A stretch of 64,000 nt of DNA from a virus. How positions within the stretch are numbered: position 1 is the stretch's first letter; every line of letters starts with the position of its first letter. Shown piece by piece: positions 37,489 to 46,695 of the stretch. The notes under the pieces were generated by a model. The model was not told the origin of the DNA and ran no database searches. It worked only from the letters and a program-made list of their open reading frames with translations. A program made the translations under genes and the position numbers. Location: positions 64,001-128,000 of the IMG/VR virus record IMGVR_UViG_3300017605_000342; one strand, given 5' to 3'.

Positions 37489-38330
37489 TATTTAAACCTG
37501 CGGTTTATTTGACGTACTTTGCGAGTTCTCTGTTCTTTAGAAACAGCCTGTGGCTTTCGTTTTGCTACTGCTCTTTCTACAAACTGAGATCTTTTAATTG
37601 CCTTAAGTCTAGAACCTCGTGGCTTGTTTGCAATATGAGAATCCCCAGTTACTATGTTATCTACAGACTGTGCGCCTATAGCTACTACGACAGCAGCCTC
37701 ACGAAATATGGTAGCCGGGCTACGACCGCCTAATCTACCATCCAACCTTTTGTTAGGTTGAAACGAAGCACGCATTTGCCTGGCAATCATAGTCTTGACT
37801 TTTTGCATCTCTTCTAGAGTTGCATTTTCAAGAGCTATAAAGTCTGATTCACCGCTAATACCTTTTGCTACTGCGTTTGCCATTCCAATACGCAAAGCTT
37901 CACGAGCATCGGCCAGTGCTGTACGTATGAATCGTTTGGGTGGATAACCTGGATGGGTGATAATGTAACCCTTAGGAGTTACTAACCTACCGCCGCGCCC
38001 TAAAACCCTAAAGCCGTATGTTCTACCTTTGTATGTAGGAAAAGACATCTGATCTGGCGGCTCTGGATTATCATCTCCTGGAATGTTATATTCTTCAGAG
38101 ACACCACCAACACCAAATTCTGGAGCCGCCTTAACCTTCGTGGCCGTACCAAATTCCTGCCACAACACCCATTCAAGGGCATTTGTGGTAGGATCAGTAC
38201 CACCGGTAGGTATAAGGATCTTGGCTCCAATAGGATTCTTAAATAAATCTCTGCGCTTTCTAAGTTCAGCGCCTATCCCAGAATCTAAGATGCCACGAGA
38301 TCCAACACTCTTGACTGTTATCTTTGCCAT
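37488..38330 (-). CDS. HK97 gp10-like neck/tail completion protein
   Basis: WVLWQEFGT and HPGYPPKRFIRTAL motifs. Confidence 0.65.
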   Translation of the reverse strand: MAKITVKSVGSRGILDSGIGAELRKRRDLFKNPIGAKILIPTGGTDPTTNALEWVLWQEFGTATKVKAAPEFGVGGVSEEYNIPGDDNPEPPDQMSFPTYKGRTYGFRVLGRGGRLVTPKGYIITHPGYPPKRFIRTALADAREALRIGMANAVAKGISGESDFIALENATLEEMQKVKTMIARQMRASFQPNKRLDGRLGGRSPATIFREAAVVVAIGAQSVDNIVTGDSHIANKPRGSRLKAIKRSQFVERAVAKRKPQAVSKEQRTRKVRQINRRFK

Positions 38331-38332
38331 TG

Positions 38333-38755
38333 TTAGACACTCCAGTCAGACAGATATCTACGCAACACATCGAAGTCACTCGCTACTTCACTTAAGGACT
38401 TGTTAGGTGCGATCTGAGGATCATATCCAACTATCTTAGACGAGTCATGCGCTGCCGCAACATCTGCGTCATACGGACGCTTCTTAGCATCCTCTGAAAC
38501 TGTCTGTGATGAATTTGAATAGTCGTTGTATTCGTACTGTGGCGCGTTACTATTACGTCCTAGTCTCTCGTCCATGCGCTTAGAATTAACATGGGCAGCA
38601 TGGGACATCATAATGATTTGAGGCATCGTTAGATGCATCACATCACGCATAGGCCAGTGGTAAGCCTGACAGAAAGAGTCAACGATTAGTAAAGGATTGT
38701 CTTTGTCGTCAATGCCCGACTTTATACCATCAGACGAGCTAGTTGTGGAAAAAAA
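38333..38755 (-). CDS. Tail assembly chaperone, frameshifted C-terminal (gpT-like) part
   Basis: The -1 frame is open from the T7 run into the 105-aa ORF: STTSSSDG...CQAYHWPMRDVMHLTMPQ. Confidence 0.8.
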   Translation of the reverse strand, partial: FFSTTSSSDGIKSGIDDKDNPLLIVDSFCQAYHWPMRDVMHLTMPQIIMMSHAAHVNSKRMDERLGRNSNAPQYEYNDYSNSSQTVSEDAKKRPYDADVAAAHDSSKIVGYDPQIAPNKSLSEVASDFDVLRRYLSDWSV

Positions 38756-39189
38756 CTTGTAAAATCCTCGATGATGTTGTTTTTTGAAATCTGCATCAAA
38801 ACAACTTCAAGCATTTTAAACGGGGTCTTGCAAAGCTGCTTGCACTCGTCTATCGTTATTGTAGGCTCAGTTGCTGCCAGAACAATCAACGTCATCTGGG
38901 GTAAGGTGCTTTCAAACATTCCAAAGACTTTATCCAAGTCAATATCTGATATTGAAAAACCAATAGTGGTCTTCCCACCTTCTTGGGCTTCTTTAGCCTT
39001 AGAAAGAATTTCGTTGAATAGCGGTTTTAGGAACAGAGTAAACTTCATGTACGAATCATATTCAAGATCTACGATCTTAAACGTACGGCCACTAAGTTCA
39101 ATTGAGTGCTGGGAAAGTTCGGGGATGTTAAGTGTAGCACCTATAATCTGTTCTTGAGTAAGGTCTACTTTCTTGGTGCGGGTTGCCAT
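38722..39189 (-). CDS. Tail assembly chaperone (gpG-like)
   Basis: Follows tail tube; ends AGT TTT TTT CCA slippery site. Confidence 0.8.
   Translation of the reverse strand: MATRTKKVDLTQEQIIGATLNIPELSQHSIELSGRTFKIVDLEYDSYMKFTLFLKPLFNEILSKAKEAQEGGKTTIGFSISDIDLDKVFGMFESTLPQMTLIVLAATEPTITIDECKQLCKTPFKMLEVVLMQISKNNIIEDFTSFFPQLARLMV
38749..38755 (-). other. -1 programmed ribosomal frameshift slippery site T TTT TTT
   Basis: Seven T in X XXY YYZ register; the -1 frame joins the two ORFs. Confidence 0.8.
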
Positions 39190-39207
39190 TAGGCTCCTTT
39201 CGGGTTA

Positions 39208-39232
39208 GCTGGGGTGTTGTACCCACCCCAGC
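39208..39232 (-). terminator. GC-rich stem-loop after tail tube gene (terminator or mRNA stabiliser)
   Basis: GCTGGGGTG/CACCCCAGC 9-bp stem; no U-tract. Confidence 0.5.
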
Positions 39233-39244
39233 CCTTTAAACAAA

Positions 39245-39862
39245 TTAAGCGAAGAATGTCATTGAGAAGAACGATTCAACTGAGCTACCTGATGCCGTAA
39301 ACGACTTCAGTTTGCCCTGTCCCTGCAATTCTAGGAACTCACCGTTCTGCTGGAAGTTAAACGTCAAGTCACAAGACGGTGTGTACAACTGAATTTCCTT
39401 TCCGTCTAGCTTGTTCTGTAGTACTAGCAACATAGCCTTTGTGACGATATCTTCCGAACCCACCTGATAGTTAATGGTAGATCCTGACACGACAGTAGAT
39501 GCAGTCAAACCTGACACCTGTTCGAATGCCACGTCGTCAAACTGCGACAGGTTGAACTCGATGCTGGCAGTCTTTTCACCTACGTATGACTGACGCAAAA
39601 CCAAGTCAATACCAGTCTTGATTTCCTTAATTTCTTTGGTATACGTCACTGTTGCAACAGATTCGATGATTCCCAAGTCTGTCCAGCCAGATGGCGTAGC
39701 TCCATTACTCTTGGTAAAGTATGCCTGCACTGGAGCTGCGGTAATAGATTCTTCGTTCTTGATGTACACGCGTGGTGCCGGAACGAACTTAACTACCTGA
39801 GTACCAGTACGCCCAGAGGTAATGGGGTTCTGTCTTGTATTCTTATTAACGATAACAGCCAT
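39245..39862 (-). CDS. Major tail tube protein
   Basis: WTDLG motif, 205 aa, position upstream of chaperone, strong RBS. Confidence 0.8.
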   Translation of the reverse strand: MAVIVNKNTRQNPITSGRTGTQVVKFVPAPRVYIKNEESITAAPVQAYFTKSNGATPSGWTDLGIIESVATVTYTKEIKEIKTGIDLVLRQSYVGEKTASIEFNLSQFDDVAFEQVSGLTASTVVSGSTINYQVGSEDIVTKAMLLVLQNKLDGKEIQLYTPSCDLTFNFQQNGEFLELQGQGKLKSFTASGSSVESFFSMTFFA

Positions 39863-39892
39863 ATTTTATGGTAACTCCTATATGATTACTTA

Positions 39893-40312
39893 CTACTGTA
39901 AGATGATGTAATGCCGTAAATCAAAAGTAGCATTACTGTGGTAAATTCCTACTTCGGGAATTCGAATAAATCGAATCACGTCCCTGTCCCAGAAAATGTT
40001 TGTGCCCGTTGGGACTGGTGCTGCCGGGTTGCTGTAATTATACTTTTCAGTGTAGAATCGTTTCGACAACAGATTGAACACTTGCTGCTCTGCGTCCACT
40101 CCATCCAACTCACGTTCGTACACGATGTCAATACTTACAGTAAGTTCGTTAAGGTGTGGGTCGTAGCCCGCCACGAGAAAGCCTATGTTAACCGCGTTAG
40201 TTTTAAATATCGAGTACTCAGGGTAGTCTGGGTCATCTCTAATCGGATGTACCGACAACCCCGTCAATTCAGCATTTAACAATGATAAGAAAGTGTCGCG
40301 GCAGTTTCTCAT
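39893..40312 (-). CDS. Tail terminator-like protein
   Basis: Size and position upstream of tube; VSIDIV and IYHSNATF strands. Confidence 0.55.
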   Translation of the reverse strand: MRNCRDTFLSLLNAELTGLSVHPIRDDPDYPEYSIFKTNAVNIGFLVAGYDPHLNELTVSIDIVYERELDGVDAEQQVFNLLSKRFYTEKYNYSNPAAPVPTGTNIFWDRDVIRFIRIPEVGIYHSNATFDLRHYIILQ

Positions 40313-40779
40313 TAGTAACCAGATGTGCGCTTGTCACGTTCATCAAAAGATAGACTCAAAAATTCTGGATCATAGTCAATGGTTAGCCCATGACACTTAA
40401 TGTCTACAGAGTTACTCCAACGACTCGTTGCATTATTCTTATTCCTGAAATAACGTTTTGGGTTAGGATCGGGTTCTGTTTTATAGACAATGGAAACTCT
40501 ATCCCCATAGTCTTCTTTATACGGCCCTATTGAATTGATCTTGGCCGTTACCCAATCTACCTGTCGATCAACCTCATGGAACAAAAGCCTCTTTTTCTGA
40601 AAGACTTTGTAGCCCACATTCTCAAAGTGTTTAACTAACCACTTTGTTCCGGTCGCCGTCTCAGTAAATCGAATTGTCATCAAAGGCTTTGTTGTATCGG
40701 CGATTGTTAGCTTAGGCCACAGTCCAGCAAACATGCTCGCTAATCCGGTTTTTAGTAGAGTTCTTCGTAACATACTCAC
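40312..40779 (-). CDS. Protein with twin-arginine-like signal peptide
   Basis: MSMLRRTLLKTGLASMFAGLWP. Confidence 0.55.
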   Translation of the reverse strand: MSMLRRTLLKTGLASMFAGLWPKLTIADTTKPLMTIRFTETATGTKWLVKHFENVGYKVFQKKRLLFHEVDRQVDWVTAKINSIGPYKEDYGDRVSIVYKTEPDPNPKRYFRNKNNATSRWSNSVDIKCHGLTIDYDPEFLSLSFDERDKRTSGY

Positions 40780-40780
40780 C

Positions 40781-41203
40781 CTAACGGTCAGTAGACCTGT
40801 AGAACCCTAAGTAAGCCACCGTAACAGAGTTTACTCCAGGATCTTTGAAATCTATCAACCTGAAAATTTCTTCAACACCCAAAGAATCTTTCAGCACAAG
40901 TACCGTATCTTTGCTGGTAAACTCTTCACGTGTGATGCTATCTACCGACATTACAAACAACCAATCATCCACTAACAAAATACTGCTACCTTGTAAATAT
41001 GGAGATGATCGGTCTAATCTCAAACATGCGGGTTGTGGGTCTAACACTGTGTCCGCTTCAGATATGATAACGGAACGTCCTAGTAAAGCACTACCGCCAC
41101 TACGTGAGATCGTACGCTTGTAAGCAGTACGTTCGGTAATGGGAGCAAACTCTTCTAAGATATCAATAACTGTTTGGCGTAGTTCATCTGACAACGCAGA
41201 CAT
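40781..41203 (-). CDS. Head closure/stopper-like protein
   Basis: Position after adaptor, size, beta-rich. Confidence 0.55.
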   Translation of the reverse strand: MSALSDELRQTVIDILEEFAPITERTAYKRTISRSGGSALLGRSVIISEADTVLDPQPACLRLDRSSPYLQGSSILLVDDWLFVMSVDSITREEFTSKDTVLVLKDSLGVEEIFRLIDFKDPGVNSVTVAYLGFYRSTDR

Positions 41204-41206
41204 TGA

Positions 41207-41839
41207 TTATGACCTATAAACCTTGTCCGCTTGCAACATATACGGTGAAAGATACTGCATTGCCTGGGTGGAAACTGAGGCGGTAAGGGAGGCTGCACCG
41301 GACGAAGACACCTTAGCAGCATCTTGGTAGGTTGTGGCCTTTCTAATAGGACCAGGCAACTCTACTTCCTCGCTCTTTATCCCGGCCAGTATTTTTGCAG
41401 AAGTAGTGACCAAAGCCGTATCCGTGCTGGTAAAATTTTTCAAAAATATTGCCTGCTCACACTGAGCAATTTTAACAGCCTCTGGGATATAGGTATCTCC
41501 ACTGATAGAGTCAACGTCTAGGTTACGCGGAAATTGTAGATTTTGATTCCAAGTATATCTTACAGGATATTGTACATGTAAAAAATCATGCACCAACCCT
41601 GTTTGAGAATCATAATGTAGTGTTAGTTCCCTACGTTCTAAAACGTAGGTGTACTTAAACTGTTCAATGATTAAAGCGGCTTGGACTAGTAACGATTGCT
41701 TTTGCCCATCCCCCAAAGCTTCCCATGTAGAAGTCTTAGTTGTGTCAAAGTGATCGCTGAAATACTCATCTGCGTAGGCCACATTAATATATGAATTACT
41801 GTATTCACCACTTATTGTGTCATCCACCAGAACAGCCAC
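41207..41839 (-). CDS. Head-tail adaptor (DnaT-like family)
   Basis: NSYINVAYADEYF, QNLQFPR, IPEAVKIAQCEQA. Confidence 0.8.
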   Translation of the reverse strand: MAVLVDDTISGEYSNSYINVAYADEYFSDHFDTTKTSTWEALGDGQKQSLLVQAALIIEQFKYTYVLERRELTLHYDSQTGLVHDFLHVQYPVRYTWNQNLQFPRNLDVDSISGDTYIPEAVKIAQCEQAIFLKNFTSTDTALVTTSAKILAGIKSEEVELPGPIRKATTYQDAAKVSSSGAASLTASVSTQAMQYLSPYMLQADKVYRS

Positions 41840-42353
41840 GAGCTTTCTCCCGTTTTAATTCATGTTCCTTAGCATGTCTTAGTCTGTGACAATTAGCACA
41901 CAGAACTACCACACCAAGAGCCACTTCTTCTAGTATTTTCTCCCAAGTCGTAAGTAACAGCGTATTAAAATAGTTTTGTTTCTTACTTGGGTTAGTGTGA
42001 TGAAAGTCAAATACTTCCGTATAGTCACAAATAAAACCACAATCGTAACATCTTCCACCTAAGTGGGCTATCAACTTTCTTTTGACTTGTATTCTTCGGG
42101 CTTGCTGTGTAAGATTGTAAAGATTACTGCAAACTTGACAGTATTTAGTGCCGAGTTTTATAGGGTTTTTGCTGCAACGAATACACAGTCCGCCGACTAG
42201 ATTTTTGACTCTGTATAAACTAATTCTACTGGCCGGATTTGAGCACTTTTCGCAGTACTTACAATACCAAGTACGTTTTCTTCGCGGATTGGGATCAATC
42301 TTACTGTAATTTGTTTTACAAATCCCACAGAGTTGCGGTTCAAGACTAGCCAT
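41820..42353 (-). CDS. HNH endonuclease
   Basis: GGRCYDCG, FDFHH, LCANCHRLRH; multiple CxxC. Confidence 0.85.
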   Translation of the reverse strand: MASLEPQLCGICKTNYSKIDPNPRRKRTWYCKYCEKCSNPASRISLYRVKNLVGGLCIRCSKNPIKLGTKYCQVCSNLYNLTQQARRIQVKRKLIAHLGGRCYDCGFICDYTEVFDFHHTNPSKKQNYFNTLLLTTWEKILEEVALGVVVLCANCHRLRHAKEHELKREKARGCSGG

Positions 42354-42368
42354 GTGTCGACAACTCCA

Positions 42369-42671
42369 TTAACTAGGTTCACCCTTTCTCGGTGGCTTAG
42401 CCCCAAGAGCTTTATTAATGATTTCAACAGTCTTGGCAGCTTTTTCGTTAGATGTTGTTTTCGGTGTGTTATAATCTTCTACAATTTCTATAGCTTTTTT
42501 TAACTTTTCCGAATCAATCTCAAGTTTTTTTGATAAGTTTGCTTGCTCAGCTATCAGTTTTTCTGCTGCTGCCTGTACTTCTACAAAAGGAGTTGTATTA
42601 ATTGGAATAGCCGCTTGCTGTATCATCACTCCTACAAGATTTCCATTACCATCGTTGATATACTCGATCAT
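42369..42671 (-). CDS. Hypothetical protein
   Basis: ATGA overlap; coiled-coil middle. Confidence 0.5.
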   Translation of the reverse strand: MIEYINDGNGNLVGVMIQQAAIPINTTPFVEVQAAAEKLIAEQANLSKKLEIDSEKLKKAIEIVEDYNTPKTTSNEKAAKTVEIINKALGAKPPRKGEPS

Positions 42672-42877
42672 AGGGTTCTTTCAGCAACACCTTCTGCTTT
42701 GCCTTCTGAATGAGAAAGTTTTTTAGTTACTTCCAGCAATTGTGTCAGACGGCTATTCAATGAAAGTTCAATTTTCTGAATGTCATTAGCTGTTCTTCGT
42801 TGTGCCAGCAGCGTAAGGATGTTAGTCAAAAAAACAGTCAGTATTCCTATCAGTGTTACAAAACTAGATAAATCCAT
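42668..42877 (-). CDS. Small N-terminal TM protein
   Basis: Hydrophobic N-terminus, LNSRLTQLL, EG.AEG. Confidence 0.55.
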   Translation of the reverse strand: MDLSSFVTLIGILTVFLTNILTLLAQRRTANDIQKIELSLNSRLTQLLEVTKKLSHSEGKAEGVAERTL

Positions 42878-42895
42878 GATATTACCAATTTGTGG

Positions 42896-42970
42896 TGGTG
42901 GAGACGGTGAGAATCGAACTCACCCACGTGCATTGCAAGTGCGCATCGCCCCCTTGGTACATGCGCCCCC
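42896..42970 (-). tRNA. tRNA-Ala(TGC)
   Basis: GGGGGCG/CGTCTCC acceptor with G3:U70 and A73, loop CTTGCAA, TTCGATT T-loop, encoded CCA. Confidence 0.85.
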
Positions 42971-42981
42971 ACTGAAAAATT

Positions 42982-43033
42982 GGGTGAGGCTAACTGCTCA
43001 TCATTATAACGCGACTCGCTCGTTGCCCCACCC
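42982..43033 (-). terminator. Stem-loop after major capsid gene
   Basis: GGGTGGGGC/GCCTCACCC stem enclosing ~34 nt, followed by AATTTTT. Confidence 0.5.
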
Positions 43034-43039
43034 TCTTCC

Positions 43040-43963
43040 TTAACGACTATTTACGCGTACAACAAGGATAGACTTGTTGTCTTCTGCAACTACACCACCA
43101 GTTGCATCGCTGTATCCGTACAAGTGTGGAGCGAAGTGAACCGACGCAGAGATCACATCAGAGAACTTCAATGTGTTACGGTCGAATTCAACCTGCACTT
43201 CACGCTGGTAGAACAACGCCAACGCATCCGGTGCTACTAGATAAGTCTTGTACTGCTGGATAGCAGATACAGTGTTACTTGTTACCAAGTCAGAAACGTG
43301 GATTTTTAGACCAGCAATCATAGGTAGCACGCCACCAACGATCACGTTGTCATTTCCAGACTTCCCGATCTGGTACTGATTCTGAACTGCACCAGTCTGT
43401 AGCAGGTCACCGTACACCTTTGAGTGCATGATGATCCAACCACCCTGAAGCAATCGGCTGTGATTATCTCCCAGCTTGCGGGTCATAGCGCGGATAATAG
43501 CGTTCTGATCCATAGTACCGTTTGCGTTTGTCTGATCAGCCACAAGGTTCTGATCAAAGTTGTTGGGTGTTAGATCCAACTGACCTACCAGCTTAGCATC
43601 GATATACTCTGCTGCACGACGAGCAATCTGGTTGGCAATTTCTTCCACAGGGCTAGCCTTAGAAACCAAGCTAGCTGTGTCGGCGACTTCCCATGATCCA
43701 CCACCACGTACCACTGTAGCGGTTTCGCTATGTGTAGTGATGTTGTTGGGGGTTAGCGCCACACCTTCAACTAGGTCCGAAAACCCAGTCATACGGTTCC
43801 ATGCAGGAATCTTGAAGATTGTTCCGGGGCTTCCCAAAGGAAACTCACCGTTAACCCGAACAAGATTTGTGTTGCCAAGTACCAGATGGTCTGGAAACTT
43901 AGCAGACACCTGGTCTGCAAGAACCTCCGGGTTGATGATGTTAGCAATTTGTGTTAATGCCAT
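43040..43963 (-). CDS. Major capsid protein (HK97 fold)
   Basis: IINPEVLADQV, PGTIFKIP.W, MHSKVYGDL, VEFDRN; follows scaffold. Confidence 0.9.
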   Translation of the reverse strand: MALTQIANIINPEVLADQVSAKFPDHLVLGNTNLVRVNGEFPLGSPGTIFKIPAWNRMTGFSDLVEGVALTPNNITTHSETATVVRGGGSWEVADTASLVSKASPVEEIANQIARRAAEYIDAKLVGQLDLTPNNFDQNLVADQTNANGTMDQNAIIRAMTRKLGDNHSRLLQGGWIIMHSKVYGDLLQTGAVQNQYQIGKSGNDNVIVGGVLPMIAGLKIHVSDLVTSNTVSAIQQYKTYLVAPDALALFYQREVQVEFDRNTLKFSDVISASVHFAPHLYGYSDATGGVVAEDNKSILVVRVNSR

Positions 43964-44042
43964 ATTAGTATGTTTTTAACTCCTAAATATAAAAATACTC
44001 GTACAGAGTAGTACGCATCCGGCAGTTGTTAAACTACCCCTC

Positions 44043-44843
44043 TTAAATTAATTTTTTGTCTTTAGCTTCTTTGCGCATTGCGTCGTATTTAGCTCTGTCC
44101 TTAATAAATAGTTCATTCGCTTTGTTGATATCTGAATTCTTACCAAATACGTCTTCTAGTGCCCAACCCTTGCTGTTTAGCTTAGACTTAGATTCGCTAG
44201 AACCAAATCCTTGCAGCGCATCTGCTTGAACGTGTTGTGGGTTAAGTGTTCCGAACTCAATATATAGCTCGGTAAGACTCATAGGATCTGTCGTAGAATT
44301 AACGCGGGCACCGCCTTGTTCATTAACAACTATAAAATCGTCAAGATCCCTGTCATACTTAACCAAGTCTTCAGTTAGACGCAAGACCTGCTTTGGATTA
44401 ATAAATTTGAATTTGCCAATCGCTTCAGACATTACGTTGCGTTTGCGGATCGCAATCATCTCGTGATCCTTAGACACCAACGCCTGCTGATGGCGTTCAG
44501 CTTCCTTCTTTATTGCGTCTCTGTCGGCCTGAACTACTTTATTAGCTTTCTTTAGTTCTTCAACTTCGTTCTTCAGAATAATAAGTTCCTCAGAAGCATC
44601 CTTCGCTGCCTGAGAACCTTTGGGAGCAGCCTCTACCGCAGCCTTAGCTTCGGTTAGTGCCTGCTGTAATGCCGTTAGATCTTCCTCTAGCTTCTTATTC
44701 TTAGCTTGCAAATCTTTCTGGTGTCGTTGCAAACGTTCTGCAATCTTGTCATCGAAAAGTTTCTGCTGAGCTGGGGTTAATTTGTTCTCTGCACCGTCGT
44801 CTGACGTATTGTCCAACGCCGGATTTGTCGCATCCGTTGCCAT
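44043..44843 (-). CDS. Capsid scaffolding protein
   Basis: Coiled coil, IAERLQR, G.GS near C-terminus; between portal and capsid. Confidence 0.8.
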   Translation of the reverse strand: MATDATNPALDNTSDDGAENKLTPAQQKLFDDKIAERLQRHQKDLQAKNKKLEEDLTALQQALTEAKAAVEAAPKGSQAAKDASEELIILKNEVEELKKANKVVQADRDAIKKEAERHQQALVSKDHEMIAIRKRNVMSEAIGKFKFINPKQVLRLTEDLVKYDRDLDDFIVVNEQGGARVNSTTDPMSLTELYIEFGTLNPQHVQADALQGFGSSESKSKLNSKGWALEDVFGKNSDINKANELFIKDRAKYDAMRKEAKDKKLI

Positions 44844-44894
44844 TTTAAAACTCCTTTTTACTTCAACCTAGTTATAACGTACTAGTAACCGTGA

Positions 44895-45101
44895 TTAGTT
44901 GCGGCTGTCTTGGCCGTCTGGATTTGCTGTAGCGGCTAATTTCTTTTTAGAAATCAACGCCATCGCATCTCCTAGTTTTCCTACAGTCTTTCCCATCTTA
45001 GTAATGTCAGAGGCTGCCTCAGGCTTTTCTCCTGTAGCTGCTCCACCACCACCACGATTGGTAGTTGACTTATACTGATTTCCTACTTCGGGTTTTTCCA
45101 T
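44895..45101 (-). CDS. Hypothetical low-complexity protein
   Basis: Fills the portal-scaffold gap. Confidence 0.45.
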   Translation of the reverse strand: MEKPEVGNQYKSTTNRGGGGAATGEKPEAASDITKMGKTVGKLGDAMALISKKKLAATANPDGQDSRN

Positions 45102-45102
45102 A

Positions 45103-46695
45103 TTAATCACTCCGTAACTTATTATTAGGGCCTGTTTTCTGTTTCTCGGATTCCTTCTTTACTTCCGCCATCGTACCGGTTTGCTTCGGCTTCTGCTGAG
45201 CAGCGGGTGATTTTCCACCAGCCATAACTTCCTCGTGCCATTCTGCAAAATCAAGGCTGTCAATTTCTTTCATGACCTTGGCTAGGTCTTCCACAGAAAG
45301 CTTACCGTCATGTTCCTTGACTAAACGCTTAAGTTCGGCTTTAGCAAACGTCTCGGAGGGCAACGCCAAGTCCTTGAACAACATCAAGAGATTCGTCATG
45401 GAATCTACAAGGTTCGTTAGTTCGTAATGGTCCTTGTACTTGATCTTGCCTGACCACTTCTTTCCGTTAAATAGCCACGTTAAGCGGAACAGCTTGTTCT
45501 CGGCATCTTCTAACCGCTGTGCCCACGTTGCAATAAAAGGCACGGTGCGGGAAAATGACATCGACTGAGACATACCAGAAGATTTCGCTCCGTTAGCTAA
45601 ATCGCTACGTAAGTCTTGTACAGCCTGCCGAAAAATTTCGTTGATATTACTCTGACGTTCTTCCTGCAAGAACTTGGCGGGGTCTGCCGGCGGCGTAATG
45701 TATTGTGGCGGCTGCCCTCCCTTAGGGAAGTACACAACGTTAGACGTTGATACGTTACCCTGACTTGCATTCTGCATCGGGAACATCATGTCTTGTTCTT
45801 TGGCTAGAATATTAAAACACTGTCTATACAGAAACTCATCGATTAACGATGTAATATTCAAAATCGATCTGTTGGTGGCTCCAATATCTCGTAAAAAACT
45901 ATTGCCCATTCCTTTATACTTCTTGCTGTGTTTGTATGCGATGCATACAATCGGTAACTCTTTTATAGGTAGCGGGCGTTCCTCACGGGACACAATCTCT
46001 GGTCGCTTTTCATCAGTGACATCTACTATGGTTACTGTGACGCGATCCAAGAACCACTCACGGTAAACTTCATAGTACTTTTTACTACCCGATAACTGGT
46101 CGTGAGAGATTTCCATCTGAAGTCTCTTCACATAAACGAAGTTACCAAAGTCGTCAGTATCCCAATCAAGTATTTCGTCTGGAGGTACTATGCACCAATA
46201 GGGTCTGATGCCTAACTCTTGGGCACGATAAACAGTGAAGATATCTCCTTCTGCCAATTGAACCAACGGAGTATCTACAAAAACAAAAACATGTCCGTAA
46301 ATACGGCCTAAGTTGGAGACTTCGTGCATAAACCCATCGACCGACGACCCACGTTTATCCACGTCCTTAATGAACTCTGAAAACGCCAAGTTGTCTGCTC
46401 CACCGTCTCTATCGATAACATCAGAGAAAATGAAGTTTGTGTAAAAGTCAATAGTTAACGCACAGTAATTAAGATAATGGGCGCGTTTAATACGGTCGTA
46501 ATAATCTTCTTCGTTCTCACGCATATGCTTGAAGATGTTGTTTGCAATTGCATCCGCCCCACCTTCATAGCTATTAACAAAAAATTCCCACTGAGGTTTA
46601 TAGATGTCGTAGTACTCGTGAGTACTCCGTAAACGCTCTAGTTCATCCCTCTCAGACTGATTAGGAATATCGACGTATGTTACAATGTCTGCCAT
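45103..46695 (-). CDS. Portal protein
   Basis: SYEGG, RE..EDY.DR..RA.YLNY, YGHVFVFVD, KSSG motifs; 530 aa. Confidence 0.9.
   Translation of the reverse strand: MADIVTYVDIPNQSERDELERLRSTHEYYDIYKPQWEFFVNSYEGGADAIANNIFKHMRENEEDYYDRIKRAHYLNYCALTIDFYTNFIFSDVIDRDGGADNLAFSEFIKDVDKRGSSVDGFMHEVSNLGRIYGHVFVFVDTPLVQLAEGDIFTVYRAQELGIRPYWCIVPPDEILDWDTDDFGNFVYVKRLQMEISHDQLSGSKKYYEVYREWFLDRVTVTIVDVTDEKRPEIVSREERPLPIKELPIVCIAYKHSKKYKGMGNSFLRDIGATNRSILNITSLIDEFLYRQCFNILAKEQDMMFPMQNASQGNVSTSNVVYFPKGGQPPQYITPPADPAKFLQEERQSNINEIFRQAVQDLRSDLANGAKSSGMSQSMSFSRTVPFIATWAQRLEDAENKLFRLTWLFNGKKWSGKIKYKDHYELTNLVDSMTNLLMLFKDLALPSETFAKAELKRLVKEHDGKLSVEDLAKVMKEIDSLDFAEWHEEVMAGGKSPAAQQKPKQTGTMAEVKKESEKQKTGPNNKLRSD

Noticed and set aside
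41820-41840. C-terminal GG on the HNH protein as a ubiquitin-like JAB substrate
   Set aside because: The protein is an HNH nuclease, and its tail is dictated by overlap with the adaptor gene start
42925-42945. Reading the tRNA as Cys(GCA)
   Set aside because: Poorer anticodon stem in that register; G3:U70 and A73 indicate Ala
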